NCBI RefSeq assembly: GCF_028368995.1
Contig: NZ_JAQNDL010000004.1
Location: forward strand, 672,001 to 736,000
DNA: 64,000 bases
Reading direction: 5' to 3'
Source of the DNA: Nannocystis bainbridge
GTDB lineage: Bacteria; Myxococcota_A; Polyangia; Nannocystales; Nannocystaceae
The translations under genes were made by a program, and so were the position numbers. The notes beneath the pieces were generated by a model. The model was given only the letters and a program-made list of their open reading frames with translations. It was not told the DNA's origin and made no database searches. This document shows, piece by piece, positions 21,201 to 31,003 of the stretch (its first letter is position 1; each line of letters starts with the position of its first letter).

Positions 21201-23233
21201 GCGTCCTCCGGCGCGGGCGTGAACTCGACGAGGTCGACCCATTGTGGGTGATCGATGAACGGGTTGCGGTTGCCCTGCACGGCGAAGATGGCCTGATTGC
21301 GGTGACGCTCGTGGAGGCCGGGCGGATCGTCCGTGGACCAGCGCTTCAGCAGCTCGATCTGGGCCGGCGTGGGCGTGCGGGAGGGGTCGAGCTCGCTGGC
21401 GTAGCGGACCAGGAAATAGAGGGTCGCGCGGGCGACCGGGCCGTGGCCGTCGCCAGGCTCGAAGTACGGGCCCTCGCCCTCGCCGCAGGGCGGCATCGGG
21501 GTGTCGCGGTCGAACTCGTGGTAGGCGCGGTCGGCCCGCAGGGTGTTGCAGGGCGGGTCGCAGGCGAAAAGATGGTGGAGGTCGCCGCGCATCGGCTCGC
21601 GCTTGCCGAACCAGCTCTGCGGGACCACGTGCTCGCAGTTGTAGGGCAGCTCGGCCTCGACGGCGGCGTCGATGTCGGCGAGCGAGAGGGAGGTGCGGCG
21701 CGCCCGCAACTCCGATCGGCGGGCCCGGCGGGCGGCGTCGATGCGGGCGTCGTCGGCGATCAGGGCCTCGGGCGAGAAGGTCGCGCCGGAGTAGATCGAG
21801 GCCAGGCGGAGGTCGGGGCGGAGGTCGACCCAGGGGTAGAGCTGGTGGCTCGGATTGTATTTCGGCGCCTCGGCGTGGGTGGTCGTGAGCAGGGCCGAGA
21901 GCGATTCGTGGCAGATGTCGTGGAGGATGTCGGCGTAATAGCTCGCGCGATCGCTGGCGTCCTGGGCGGCGTCGTAATACGGGCGAGCGCGGGCGGCGGC
22001 GACGAGGCGGTGCAGGTCGGCGGCAATGGGGGCAGGCTGCTCGACCGCAGCAATGGTGGCACCCGCCGCGGTGCCGAGCCGCACGGTGATCTCGATCGGC
22101 ACGGTGATGCGCAGGGTCTGGCCCGGAACGGCGACTGTGGTGATTGACGGCGCCGGGGCGATCGGCGGCGCCTGCTCGAGGTCGTTCCAGGCGGCGCTCC
22201 ATTCGCCCGGCAATTCGCGGGGCGCGGCGGCGCCGGCGAACCGGACCCCGGCGTCGACGATCCGCGGATCCCAGGCGAGCTCGGCGGCGGGGACGGCGAA
22301 GTTGCGGTCGAGGTAGACGCCGCCGAAATGCAGCCCGAGCACGCGGCCGGTGGCGACGTCGAGGATCGCGGCGCCGGAGCAGCCGCCGAGGGTCGAGGAG
22401 TCGTGCAGCGCGGCCGAGACGGTGCGGCCGAAGCTGGCGACGCGGCGGCGGCCGCCGAAGTAACCGGGGGCGAGGCGTTTGAGGTTGTAGCGGCCGCGGA
22501 ACACGCGTTGCTGGATCGTCAGGTCGTTGCGCAGATCGAGGCCGGGATAACCGATCACTGCGACGCGCCGACGGGCGGCAGGATCGTCGACGGCGAGCGC
22601 GAGCGGGGTGACCTGCAGGCCGTCGACGCGCAGCAAGGCCAGGTCCCAGTAGGGGTGGATCAGGACGACCTCGGACACTGCGTAGGTGGGGCCGTCGGGC
22701 TCGTCCTGCTGCTCGCGGCGCGGATCGAAGCCGGCGGTCTGGCCGGGGAGGAAGCGCAGGTGGGTGCGCCCGAGGCCGCCGGCGAACAGCTGGGCGACGT
22801 GGCGATTGGTCATGATGAGGCCGTCGCCGACGACGAAGCCGGTGCCGCCGTAGGGCAGCGAGAGGTTGTCCGGCAGCTCGATGCGGCCGATCGCCGGCAG
22901 GCAGGCTTCGATGCGCGCGCGGAGGTCGGCGTCGGCGTGGAGGTCGAAGAACTCGCCGGGCGGCAGACCGAGCAGCTTGCCGTCAGCGATGTCGGCGACG
23001 GGCCGCTCCCTGGGCAGGATGATCGCCTCGAGGCACTCGAGGTCGCCCGGCGCGAGCGGGGCGCGATCGATCCACTTGCGGGCGGTGCTGCGGACCTGAT
23101 CGGTCTGGCGCGCGTCGAGGCCGAACCACTGGGCGGCGCCGGCGACGATGGGCTCGACGGAGGCGCTGGATTCGAGGTGGGACGGTGGCAGGATGGAGTC
23201 CGCGTAGGCGCGGACGCGGGCGGGCGAGGCCAT
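21197..23233 (-). CDS. Trypsin/V8-like protease fused to an endonuclease I (EndA-type beta-beta-alpha-Me) nuclease
   Basis: GTGFVV..TNRHVA, DLALL, HDSSTLGGCSGA; C-terminal NCEHVVPQSW..GDLHHLF..CN..R, ARATLYFLVRY, QGNRNPFIDHP. Confidence 0.9.
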   Translation of the reverse strand: MASPARVRAYADSILPPSHLESSASVEPIVAGAAQWFGLDARQTDQVRSTARKWIDRAPLAPGDLECLEAIILPRERPVADIADGKLLGLPPGEFFDLHADADLRARIEACLPAIGRIELPDNLSLPYGGTGFVVGDGLIMTNRHVAQLFAGGLGRTHLRFLPGQTAGFDPRREQQDEPDGPTYAVSEVVLIHPYWDLALLRVDGLQVTPLALAVDDPAARRRVAVIGYPGLDLRNDLTIQQRVFRGRYNLKRLAPGYFGGRRRVASFGRTVSAALHDSSTLGGCSGAAILDVATGRVLGLHFGGVYLDRNFAVPAAELAWDPRIVDAGVRFAGAAAPRELPGEWSAAWNDLEQAPPIAPAPSITTVAVPGQTLRITVPIEITVRLGTAAGATIAAVEQPAPIAADLHRLVAAARARPYYDAAQDASDRASYYADILHDICHESLSALLTTTHAEAPKYNPSHQLYPWVDLRPDLRLASIYSGATFSPEALIADDARIDAARRARRSELRARRTSLSLADIDAAVEAELPYNCEHVVPQSWFGKREPMRGDLHHLFACDPPCNTLRADRAYHEFDRDTPMPPCGEGEGPYFEPGDGHGPVARATLYFLVRYASELDPSRTPTPAQIELLKRWSTDDPPGLHERHRNQAIFAVQGNRNPFIDHPQWVDLVEFTPAPEDA

Positions 23234-23610
23234 GGAGACGAACAGCAAAGCACGCGCGGACGGGCGAGAAAAGCCGGACGGCGCGGGGAAAGACGGGGTG
23301 CGCCGATCTGGCGAAATCGCGGACGATGAGCATTGCCCGGCGGTTGAACCGTGTTCGTCGGCGGCGCGGATGGAGGCCCGCGCGCGCGCCGGAGCGGCGG
23401 GCAGGCGTTCGCGGGGTGTGCGTTTTCCGGGGCACGCGACCAGGGACGGAAAGGCCGCCGACGAACACGTCGATGTCCATGCGCCATCCTGGGCGAGTGT
23501 CGCGCGCCGGCATCGCGCATGACTTCGAATCGAAGCACGCGCGAACGCGCCGCGCCGATCCTGCGTTCCCAGCCGGGCCTGTGGGCATTGCGCCGAGCCG
23601 GCGCCTGGGC

Positions 23611-24981
23611 TCAATCGACCTGCGGAATGCAGGGACAGTCGTCCCAGTCGCCGACGCACAGCTGCTCCGGCGGGGCGTTCAATTGTTGTTGCACCCATCC
23701 GTCGACCTGCGCGGGCGTCACCTGGGTGTCGATGAATTGCAGCGACTTGACGAGCTCCTGCACGCTGCCGAGGCCGTCGAGCGAGGTGAGGCCGGGGCTG
23801 TTGGTGACGACGAGGAACCGCGCGCTGGTCAGCGCGTCGAGGCCGGCCAGGCTGGTGAGGCCGTCCATGCGAAAGCCGGTCTGCGAGCAGTCGCCGATGG
23901 CGAGGTTCACGTCGACGAGCTTCAGCTGCTCGAGGCCGTGGAGGTCGGTGACCTGCGGCAGGCCCGAGACCTGCAACGTGTGGACTTGCTCGAGGGCGGC
24001 CAGCTGCGCCAGATCGGGGACCTGGGGCAGGTCGCGCAGCGACAGCAGGCCGGCGGCGGCGATCGTCTCGAGGCCGGCGAGCGACGCGAGCTCGGGCAAC
24101 GAGCGCAGCCGCAGCGTCATGTCGGGGCCAGCCTGGGCGAACAGGGCGGCGCTGGGCGACAGATCGGCGAGCGTCGCGTTGTCGGCGAGCAGCACTTCGA
24201 GCGCGGTGATGCCGGAGTACTTCAGCGTGGCGAGCGCGTCGACGTCGACGAGGGCAGGGTTGCCGACCACGTGGAGCTCCTCGATGCCCTCGTAGTCGGG
24301 CGCGAACGTCGGCAGGCTGGTGATCCCGGTGGCGAAGATGTCGAGCGTGACCAGCCGCTTCAGGTTGGCCAGCGCGGACATGTCGGTGAGCGCCGGCGTG
24401 TCCTCGATGCGCAGGCTGAACAGGTCCTCCACGCAGGCGAGCGGCGAGAGGTCGGTCAACACGGCGTTGCTGTCGAGCTGCAGCGCGCTGGCGGTGACGA
24501 GGTTGGCGAAGCCCGCGAGCTGCGCAACGGTGAGGTCGCCGGTGATGTGGATCGATCCGGTCACGCGCGTGACGCAGGCCATGAACTCGGTCGAGTCGCC
24601 GGGCCCGATCTCCACGTTGCCCTCGAACTCGAGCGCCTCGGGGCACGGCGGTCCGCAGTCGACGGCGGACTCGCCGGTGGTGGTGGTGTCGCCGGTGGTC
24701 GAATCGCTGGTGGTGGTGTCGCCGGTGGTCGAGCTCGTGAGGGTCGTCGTGCCGTCGCTCGTGTCCGTGGTGGTCGAGGCGGCGCTCGTGGTCGGTCCCG
24801 GCGGGTCGCCGGTGGTGCTGTCCGTGCTCGTCGACGACGGCGGCCCGTCATCGGTGGTCGGCGAGGTGTCCGAGGTCGTCCCGGGCCCGCTGACGCTCTC
24901 GCCGTCGGTCTCCGTGTCGGCGGGCTTGGGAGCGCAGGCGAGAGTCACGATGCACGCGAGCCACGAATGAGCACGAGCCAT
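23611..24981 (-). CDS. Leucine-rich-repeat (receptor L-domain-like) lipoprotein
   Basis: Lipobox TLAC, Thr-rich linker, LTSLAGL/LTDLSPL repeats. Confidence 0.85.
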   Translation of the reverse strand: MARAHSWLACIVTLACAPKPADTETDGESVSGPGTTSDTSPTTDDGPPSSTSTDSTTGDPPGPTTSAASTTTDTSDGTTTLTSSTTGDTTTSDSTTGDTTTTGESAVDCGPPCPEALEFEGNVEIGPGDSTEFMACVTRVTGSIHITGDLTVAQLAGFANLVTASALQLDSNAVLTDLSPLACVEDLFSLRIEDTPALTDMSALANLKRLVTLDIFATGITSLPTFAPDYEGIEELHVVGNPALVDVDALATLKYSGITALEVLLADNATLADLSPSAALFAQAGPDMTLRLRSLPELASLAGLETIAAAGLLSLRDLPQVPDLAQLAALEQVHTLQVSGLPQVTDLHGLEQLKLVDVNLAIGDCSQTGFRMDGLTSLAGLDALTSARFLVVTNSPGLTSLDGLGSVQELVKSLQFIDTQVTPAQVDGWVQQQLNAPPEQLCVGDWDDCPCIPQVD

Positions 24982-25290
24982 CCGCGCAGCGTACATGCGC
25001 GTGGCGATCCGGCTCAAGGCGCGGACGAGCCCTCGCGTGGCGAGGAGATCGCCGTGGCTGCAGCGCGCGGCGACGCGGCCGGAGCTGCGCGATGTTCGGG
25101 CCTCGCAGGCCGAGGGACTCGGCGGCGCGAAGAGGCAGCGCGCACGCTCGCGGACGCGACGGACGGGTCAGCGCATGAACCCGGTGTCGGGAGACACGGG
25201 CCGACGGTCGGGGGCGCAGGTGGCCACCGGGCTTCGACGCAGGGCGAGCGGCCGGCGCCGAAGGGCGAGCGAGATCCGCCCGCGGCCCGC

Positions 25291-27648
25291 TCAGCCGATG
25301 GCCTTGCAGGCCGGGCCGAGGCTGGCGGTGTTGTTGTCGGTGCGGCACTCGTGCCACGGGTGCTCGGGCATGCCGTCGTCGACCACGAGCACGAGCGGCT
25401 TGCTGCCATCGATGAAGCTCGGCGGCAGCTCGGGCAGCTCGAGCAGCAGCTCCTGGGCCTCGGCGGGGTAGAGCACCTTGGTGGTGACGAGGGTGCCGAG
25501 CAGGGTGCCGCCCTGGTTCGGGTCGCCCTCGTAGAAGCCGACGGGCACGCCGGCGGGCACGGCGGCCTGGCCGAGGTTGCGCACGCGGGCGAACGCCTTG
25601 AAGCCGTCGAAGCACTGGGTGTGGCCGCTGACGACCAGGTCGGGCGCGGCGAACTCGCCCTCGGGCTGGACGTTCTGGCGGAAGTTGTTGAGGCCGGGCG
25701 TGGTCCAGTTGGTCGCCTCGACGGCGGGGATGGTGCCGTCCTCGGCGACGTTGGTGACGTGGTAGGCGTGCTGGTTCCAGATCCGGCGCGTGCGCACCCA
25801 CTGGTTGTTGGCGTCGCCGAAGATCCGCACGCCGCGGGTCTTCATCTGCTCTTTGGGACAGGTGAGGCTCGAGTAGTCGTTCGAGGTGACGACGATGTCG
25901 GCCTGGCCGTCGTTGTCGACGTCGGCGACCAGCGGGTACTCGTGGAGCGTGCCGGAGGTGTTGCAGATCTCGGTCAGGACCTCGCCGGTGGCGCCGTCGT
26001 AGATCCGCATGTACTGCTCGTCGGCGTAGACGACCTCGGCCGAGCCGGAGCCGTCGAAGTCGAACACCGAGCTGCCGGTGAACGCCGACGAGCAGTCCTG
26101 CGTCTGCTTGATCCACAGGAAGGTGTCGGCCGCCGCGACGGCGGGGTCGAGCAGCTTCTTGCCGTCGAACACGGCGTAGCCGATGCCGCCGGCGACGCCG
26201 ATGTCGGGGGTGCCGTCGCCGTTGAAGTCGGCGATGGTCGGCGGGCCGCCGCCGCCGATGTTGCCGGCGCTGTCGGGCGGGCACAGGTCGGGCGACAGCG
26301 GGCCGTTGATGTCGAGGTCCTGGCGGACGACGACGAACAGGCCGGGGGCGTTGGGGTCGTAGCGCCAGATGTTGAGGTCGTGGGTGCCGGTGCCGTGGGC
26401 GTTGTCGATGCCGACGATCTCGGGCACGCCGTCGAGGTCGAAGTCGGCGACGGCGGGGAAGGTGCCGCCGAGGCCGGTGTCGACGAGCACGGTGCCGTCG
26501 ATCTCGAGGACCCGGGTGGGGGTGACGATCTCGAGCTGGCCGTCGCCGTCGACGTCGGCGGCGATCGCCTTCTTGTTCCACCAGCTGCTGGTGATGGCGT
26601 CGATGGTGAGCTCGAGCGCGCCGGTCTTGCCGTCGAGCACGCTCGACTCGGTGAGGATCTCGACGTTGCCGTCGCCGTCGAAGTCGGCCAGCGAGATGTG
26701 GTCGCAGCCGACGACCTCGGCGGTGATCCACAGCTCGGCGCCGGCGGCGGTGTAGGCCCGCACCTTGCCCTCGGCGGTGCAGGCGACGACCTCGTTGCCG
26801 GCGACGCCGTCGATGTTGCCGGCGGCGAGCGAGCGCCCGCCGAACAGGGTGTCGACGGCCGGCTTCTGCGTCCACTTGGTGACCAGCGCGCCGTTGACGA
26901 TCGAGATCGCGTGCAGGGTGCCGTCGGAGCTGTAGTTGCCGTCGTCGAACGACATGAACACGATCTCGGGGATGTCGCGCTCGTCGACCTCGCCGTTGCA
27001 GTCGTCGTCGTCGAGCTGGATGACGATCGGCGGCATCATCACGCTGGCGTCGGTCCACGCGTACTTGAGCACCGGCTCGAAGCTGGTCTGCGGCTTGAAC
27101 TCGCAGCGGGGCAGGCAGTCGATGTCGTCGCCCTCGGGCACGACGCCGGGGTCGCACTCCGGCGGCTCGGGCAGGCACTTGCCGGTGGCCGGCACGAACC
27201 CGCCGCCGCACTGGTCGCCGCCCATGCTGCCGGGCTCGCCGAGGGTGTATTCACAATAGTTGCCCTCGGGGCATTCGGCGGCGTCGACGCATTCGGCGCC
27301 GGGGACCACGCATTGCTGGAACGAGCACACCTGGTCCGATTGACAGCAGACCTCGCCGCACGCGAGGTCGGCGGCGCAGCAGACGTCGCCGACGCAGGCG
27401 CCGTCGGGGCAGCTCTCGAGGTCGCAGGCGGCGCCGGTGGTGCCGTCGCTGTCGGTGAGGCCGCCGCTGCCCTCGGTCGGGACGACGTCGGTGGTGGCGT
27501 CGGTGGTGGCGCCGGTCAGGCCGTCGGTGACGGTGATCGAGGTGCCGGGGGTCGTCGGCGTCGCGGTGTCTTCGGCCGGGCGACCGTTGTCGCCGCAGGC
27601 GGCGACGATGGCGACGAGGAGGTTGGGGGCCAAGATCGCGCGACGCAT
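25291..27648 (-). CDS. FG-GAP/VCBS repeat lipoprotein
   Basis: Lipobox VAAC; ADFDGDG and ADVDGDG repeats; WNQHAYHVTN; C-terminal CARDB-like domain. Confidence 0.9.
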   Translation of the reverse strand: MRRAILAPNLLVAIVAACGDNGRPAEDTATPTTPGTSITVTDGLTGATTDATTDVVPTEGSGGLTDSDGTTGAACDLESCPDGACVGDVCCAADLACGEVCCQSDQVCSFQQCVVPGAECVDAAECPEGNYCEYTLGEPGSMGGDQCGGGFVPATGKCLPEPPECDPGVVPEGDDIDCLPRCEFKPQTSFEPVLKYAWTDASVMMPPIVIQLDDDDCNGEVDERDIPEIVFMSFDDGNYSSDGTLHAISIVNGALVTKWTQKPAVDTLFGGRSLAAGNIDGVAGNEVVACTAEGKVRAYTAAGAELWITAEVVGCDHISLADFDGDGNVEILTESSVLDGKTGALELTIDAITSSWWNKKAIAADVDGDGQLEIVTPTRVLEIDGTVLVDTGLGGTFPAVADFDLDGVPEIVGIDNAHGTGTHDLNIWRYDPNAPGLFVVVRQDLDINGPLSPDLCPPDSAGNIGGGGPPTIADFNGDGTPDIGVAGGIGYAVFDGKKLLDPAVAAADTFLWIKQTQDCSSAFTGSSVFDFDGSGSAEVVYADEQYMRIYDGATGEVLTEICNTSGTLHEYPLVADVDNDGQADIVVTSNDYSSLTCPKEQMKTRGVRIFGDANNQWVRTRRIWNQHAYHVTNVAEDGTIPAVEATNWTTPGLNNFRQNVQPEGEFAAPDLVVSGHTQCFDGFKAFARVRNLGQAAVPAGVPVGFYEGDPNQGGTLLGTLVTTKVLYPAEAQELLLELPELPPSFIDGSKPLVLVVDDGMPEHPWHECRTDNNTASLGPACKAIG

Positions 27649-27916
27649 TGCGAGGATGGGACCACGTGGACCCCGACGATGACAAGTCGGCGCATGCGGA
27701 TCGGCGGCGGCGATGCGTCCGCGTGGTCTGCGATGCCGCTCGCCGGACCGCCGGCGCCCGGCGTCGCGGTGAATTCGCGGATTCACACGAGGGCCGCCCG
27801 GCCGGCGCGCGGCCGCCCGCGGGTGCGCGTTCGCCCGCGGCGCGCAATCGGCTTCATCGCGCGGGCCCCGAAACCCGCGCGGAATGGGGGCACTCGGCGG
27901 ACGAGGCGGCGGCGAA

Positions 27917-29020
27917 TCAGGTCACGACGTTCGGCGGTTCGCTCGCCAGCGTCAGCGGCGGGGCGGCCATCGCCGCGCGCGCGACCGGCCGCGCCGGGGT
28001 CGGGGCGGCCCGCCAGCGCTCCACGGCGGCGTCGAGGATGCCGCCGATGAGCGCGTCGTAGCTCCAGCCGTGACCGGCGGCGAGGTTGGCGAGGTCGCTG
28101 AAGCCGGGGCGCAGGCCCGGCAGCGGGTTGATCTCGATGAACTGGACCTCGCCGTGGCGATCGCAGCGCAGGTCGACGCGCGAGATGTCGCGGCACTCGA
28201 AGGCGCGGTGGGCTCCGAGCGCGAGCTCGTGGATCTGGCCGAGGCGCGCGGGGCTGAGGGCGCCGTGACGCAGCAATTCGTCGGTCATGGGATAGCGGAC
28301 CTCGGCCGAATAGTCGCGCTTGTACTCGAGCGAATAGACGAACTCGTCGAGCGGACCGGCGGGCACGATCTGCATGACGCCGAGGACGCGCGCGCCGTCG
28401 CCGTTGCCGATCACGCCGACGGTGTACTCCTCGCCGGGCAGGAACTCCTCGACGAGCACGGGCTGGCGGTAGGCGGCGTGGAGCGAGCGGACGAGGGCGT
28501 GCAATTGCTCGGGGTCGGTGCAGCGGGAGCGGCTGCGGATGCCCATCGAGGAGCCCTCGCCGACCGGCTTGAGGAACAGCGGATACTGCAGACCGTGATC
28601 GTCGCAGGTCTCGCCGGGCGGGACCAGGCGGAACGGCGGGGTGGGCAGGCCGTGGTCGCGGGCGACGAGCTTGGCGACCCGCTTGTCGAGGGTGAGGGTG
28701 AGCGCGGGGGCGTCGCTGGCGGTGAACGGGACGCCGAGCATTTCGAGCAGCGCGGGAACCTGCGATTCGCGGCCGCGGCCGCCGAAGCCCTCGGCGAGGT
28801 TGAACACGCCGTCGAGGCGCTCGGCCAGGCCGCCGCGCACGAGGCCGTCGAGCAGCGCCCGCCCGCCGCCGAGCCGCACGACATCGTGGCCGCGACGGCG
28901 CAGGACCTGCTCGATGGCGACAATGGTGTCGATCGCCTCGAGCTCCTCATATAGGTCGATCGGCTCCGACGCGCTCGGGACTTCCATCGGTTTGAGGTCG
29001 TAGGTGATTCCGATCCGCAT
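27917..29020 (-). CDS. D-Ala-D-Ala ligase-family ATP-grasp protein
   Basis: VFNLAEG..RESQVPALLEM, KPVGEGSSMGI, VEEFLPGEEYTV, FIEINPLPGL. Confidence 0.9.
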   Translation of the reverse strand: MRIGITYDLKPMEVPSASEPIDLYEELEAIDTIVAIEQVLRRRGHDVVRLGGGRALLDGLVRGGLAERLDGVFNLAEGFGGRGRESQVPALLEMLGVPFTASDAPALTLTLDKRVAKLVARDHGLPTPPFRLVPPGETCDDHGLQYPLFLKPVGEGSSMGIRSRSRCTDPEQLHALVRSLHAAYRQPVLVEEFLPGEEYTVGVIGNGDGARVLGVMQIVPAGPLDEFVYSLEYKRDYSAEVRYPMTDELLRHGALSPARLGQIHELALGAHRAFECRDISRVDLRCDRHGEVQFIEINPLPGLRPGFSDLANLAAGHGWSYDALIGGILDAAVERWRAAPTPARPVARAAMAAPPLTLASEPPNVVT

Positions 29021-29804
29021 CGCCGGGCGCGACCAGTAGCACGGGCCGCGAACGGGCACGAGGCGTTTCACAGCGGGACGCCACCCCGGAAAATTCCCTG
29101 AGCGGGGTGAGCGCCCGCGAGACGCCGCGGCGGGCCGGGTCGGTCGATGTCGGCGCCGGCCTCGATGCCGCGTCGCCTCGTCGAGGTTGCGATGGAGCGG
29201 CGCTGCATGGGAGAGGCTGCGGCGGGTCGCGGACGGCTCCGCCGACCTCGATCTCGTCATCCGGGGCGGCGATCGGGGCGGGCCATTGCAGGGTGACCGC
29301 AAGCACCGCGGCGTGGGAGCAGGTGCGCGAGGTGATGCTCGCGACCGGCGCAAGAAATTGGCGCATTCGCATGGGCTCGCGACTCGGGCCTGGCGCGGGC
29401 GGCGAGATCGCGGTCGCGGGTGAGGGCGTCCTCGACGGGCCGCGGCGGAGGCGGCATCGGTGCGCGGCCGAGAGCCGCGGGACTCGATCGCCCGAGCTTG
29501 ACGGCGTTCGGTTTTGCGATTGGGGGCGCGGGGGCCCCGGAGGGCGCGCAGGCGCATAAAGCATGATTCGCGCCAAACGCCCGCGGCGCCCGGTTTCGAG
29601 CGGATCTGCGGGCCTGGGGGCGGAGACGAGATTTGACGCGATTGATGGGAGATGGTAAATGAGGTGATGTCGGCGGGGCGCTGCGACAGGTTCGCAGCAA
29701 TGCCTCCGCCGTTCGTCTTTGGGTCGACGCGAGGGCCGCCGGGCGGGTCGGGGCCTGCTGGCCGCAAGTCGCTTGTGGACGGTCCCGTGTGCGGCGTATC
29801 GTAA

Positions 29805-29993
29805 CTGCAGTTCGCGCAATCGCTGGTGCGGATGGCCAACGGGATGGAGATGGTCGGGGCGATCGGCGCTTCGATGCTGATCCCCGGCATCGTGCTCGCG
29901 GCGTTCGGCGGCCACGCGCTGCGCAAGGCCCGGGCCTCGCGCTTCAGCGCCTCGTTCGGGCCGCGCTCGGTGGGCCTGGCGCTGCGCTTCTGA
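29805..29993 (+). pseudogene. 3' fragment (or very small gene) of a myxobacterial membrane protein ending GLALRF
   Basis: After TAA: LQFAQSLVRMANGMEMVGAIGASMLIPGIVLAAFGG..VGLALRF*, high GC3. Confidence 0.45.
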
Positions 29994-30059
29994 GGCGCGG
30001 TCCGTGGCGTGACAGGTGGTCGCAGCGCCCGGCGGGGACGGTTCGGCTAGGCTCCGGGC

Positions 30060-30809
30060 ATGGCCGACGCCCCGTTCCTCACCGCCGAGTGGCGCGACCT
30101 CGTGATGCTGAACTTCGTCGTCGACCCGGCCGTGCTCGCGCCGCACGTCCCGCCGGGGACCGAGCTCGATCTGTTCGGCGGCGAGGCCTTCGTCAGCGTG
30201 GTCGGCTTCATGTTCCTGCGCACGCGCCTGATGGGCTGCCCCGTGCCGTGGCACCGCGATTTCGAGGAGCTCAACCTGCGCTTCTACGTCCGCCGGCGCG
30301 GGCAGGACGGCGAGCCGCACGTGGGCGCCGATGGCTACAAGCGCGGGGTCGCGTTCGTCAAGGAGATCGTGCCGCGCGCGGCGGTGGCGATGGTGGCGCG
30401 GCGGCTGTACGGCGAGCGCTACGAGGCCTGGCCCATGCGACATACGAAAGTGCCAGCCACGGCGGCGGCCAGCGGGGCGGTCGGCTACGCGGTGCGGATC
30501 GGCGGGCGCTGGCACGAGCTGGGGCTGGGGTTCCGCGGAGAGCCGGCCGCGCTCGTCCCCGGATCGGAGGCGGAGTTCATCGCCGAGCACTACTGGGGTT
30601 ACGTCGCCGGGCCGGGCCGGCCGACGATCGAGTACCGCGTCGAGCACCCGCCGTGGCGGGTCTGGCACGGCGAAGCGCCGCAGCTCCGGGCCGACGTGGC
30701 AGCGCTGTACGGTCGGGAGTGGGCTGCCGCCCTGGCGACGCCGCCGCGCTCGGCGTTCCTCGCCGACGGCTCGCCGGTCACGGTCTATCACGGCCGCAGG
30801 CTGACGTGA
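30060..30809 (+). CDS. DUF2071 (YqjF-like) protein
   Basis: FLTAEWRDLVMLNF..FEELNLRFYV..FIAEHYWGY..YRVEHPPW. Confidence 0.88.
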   Translation: MADAPFLTAEWRDLVMLNFVVDPAVLAPHVPPGTELDLFGGEAFVSVVGFMFLRTRLMGCPVPWHRDFEELNLRFYVRRRGQDGEPHVGADGYKRGVAFVKEIVPRAAVAMVARRLYGERYEAWPMRHTKVPATAAASGAVGYAVRIGGRWHELGLGFRGEPAALVPGSEAEFIAEHYWGYVAGPGRPTIEYRVEHPPWRVWHGEAPQLRADVAALYGREWAAALATPPRSAFLADGSPVTVYHGRRLT

Positions 30810-30912
30810 GCGCTTGCGCCGGGGCGGCGAGTGGGCGACGCTCGGCGCCGAAGTGCCTCGCAGGAGCCGCATCGATCGGGGGACGGAGCGCCACGAGGCC
30901 GCTCGGTGTCTT

Positions 30913-30970
30913 CATGGACATGTCGTCATGGACATGTCGGATAGAACATGTTGGATGGGACATGTCCATG
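30913..30970. repeat. 14-bp-phased GGACATGTC array (4 units)
   Basis: CATG cores at 30919, 30933, 30947, 30961. Confidence 0.85.
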
Positions 30971-31003
30971 AATTATAGCTCGTGAAGGGTTGGAGGTGAG
31001 CGC

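Noticed and set aside
23234-24646. N-terminal extension of the 1149-aa ORF
   Set aside because: It overlaps the LRR lipoprotein gene in another frame; the plausible start is ATG 23233.
29450-29810. Possible CRISPR leader or IS end in the A/T-richer intergenic stretch
   Set aside because: No repeats follow, and no terminal inverted repeat pair could be identified.
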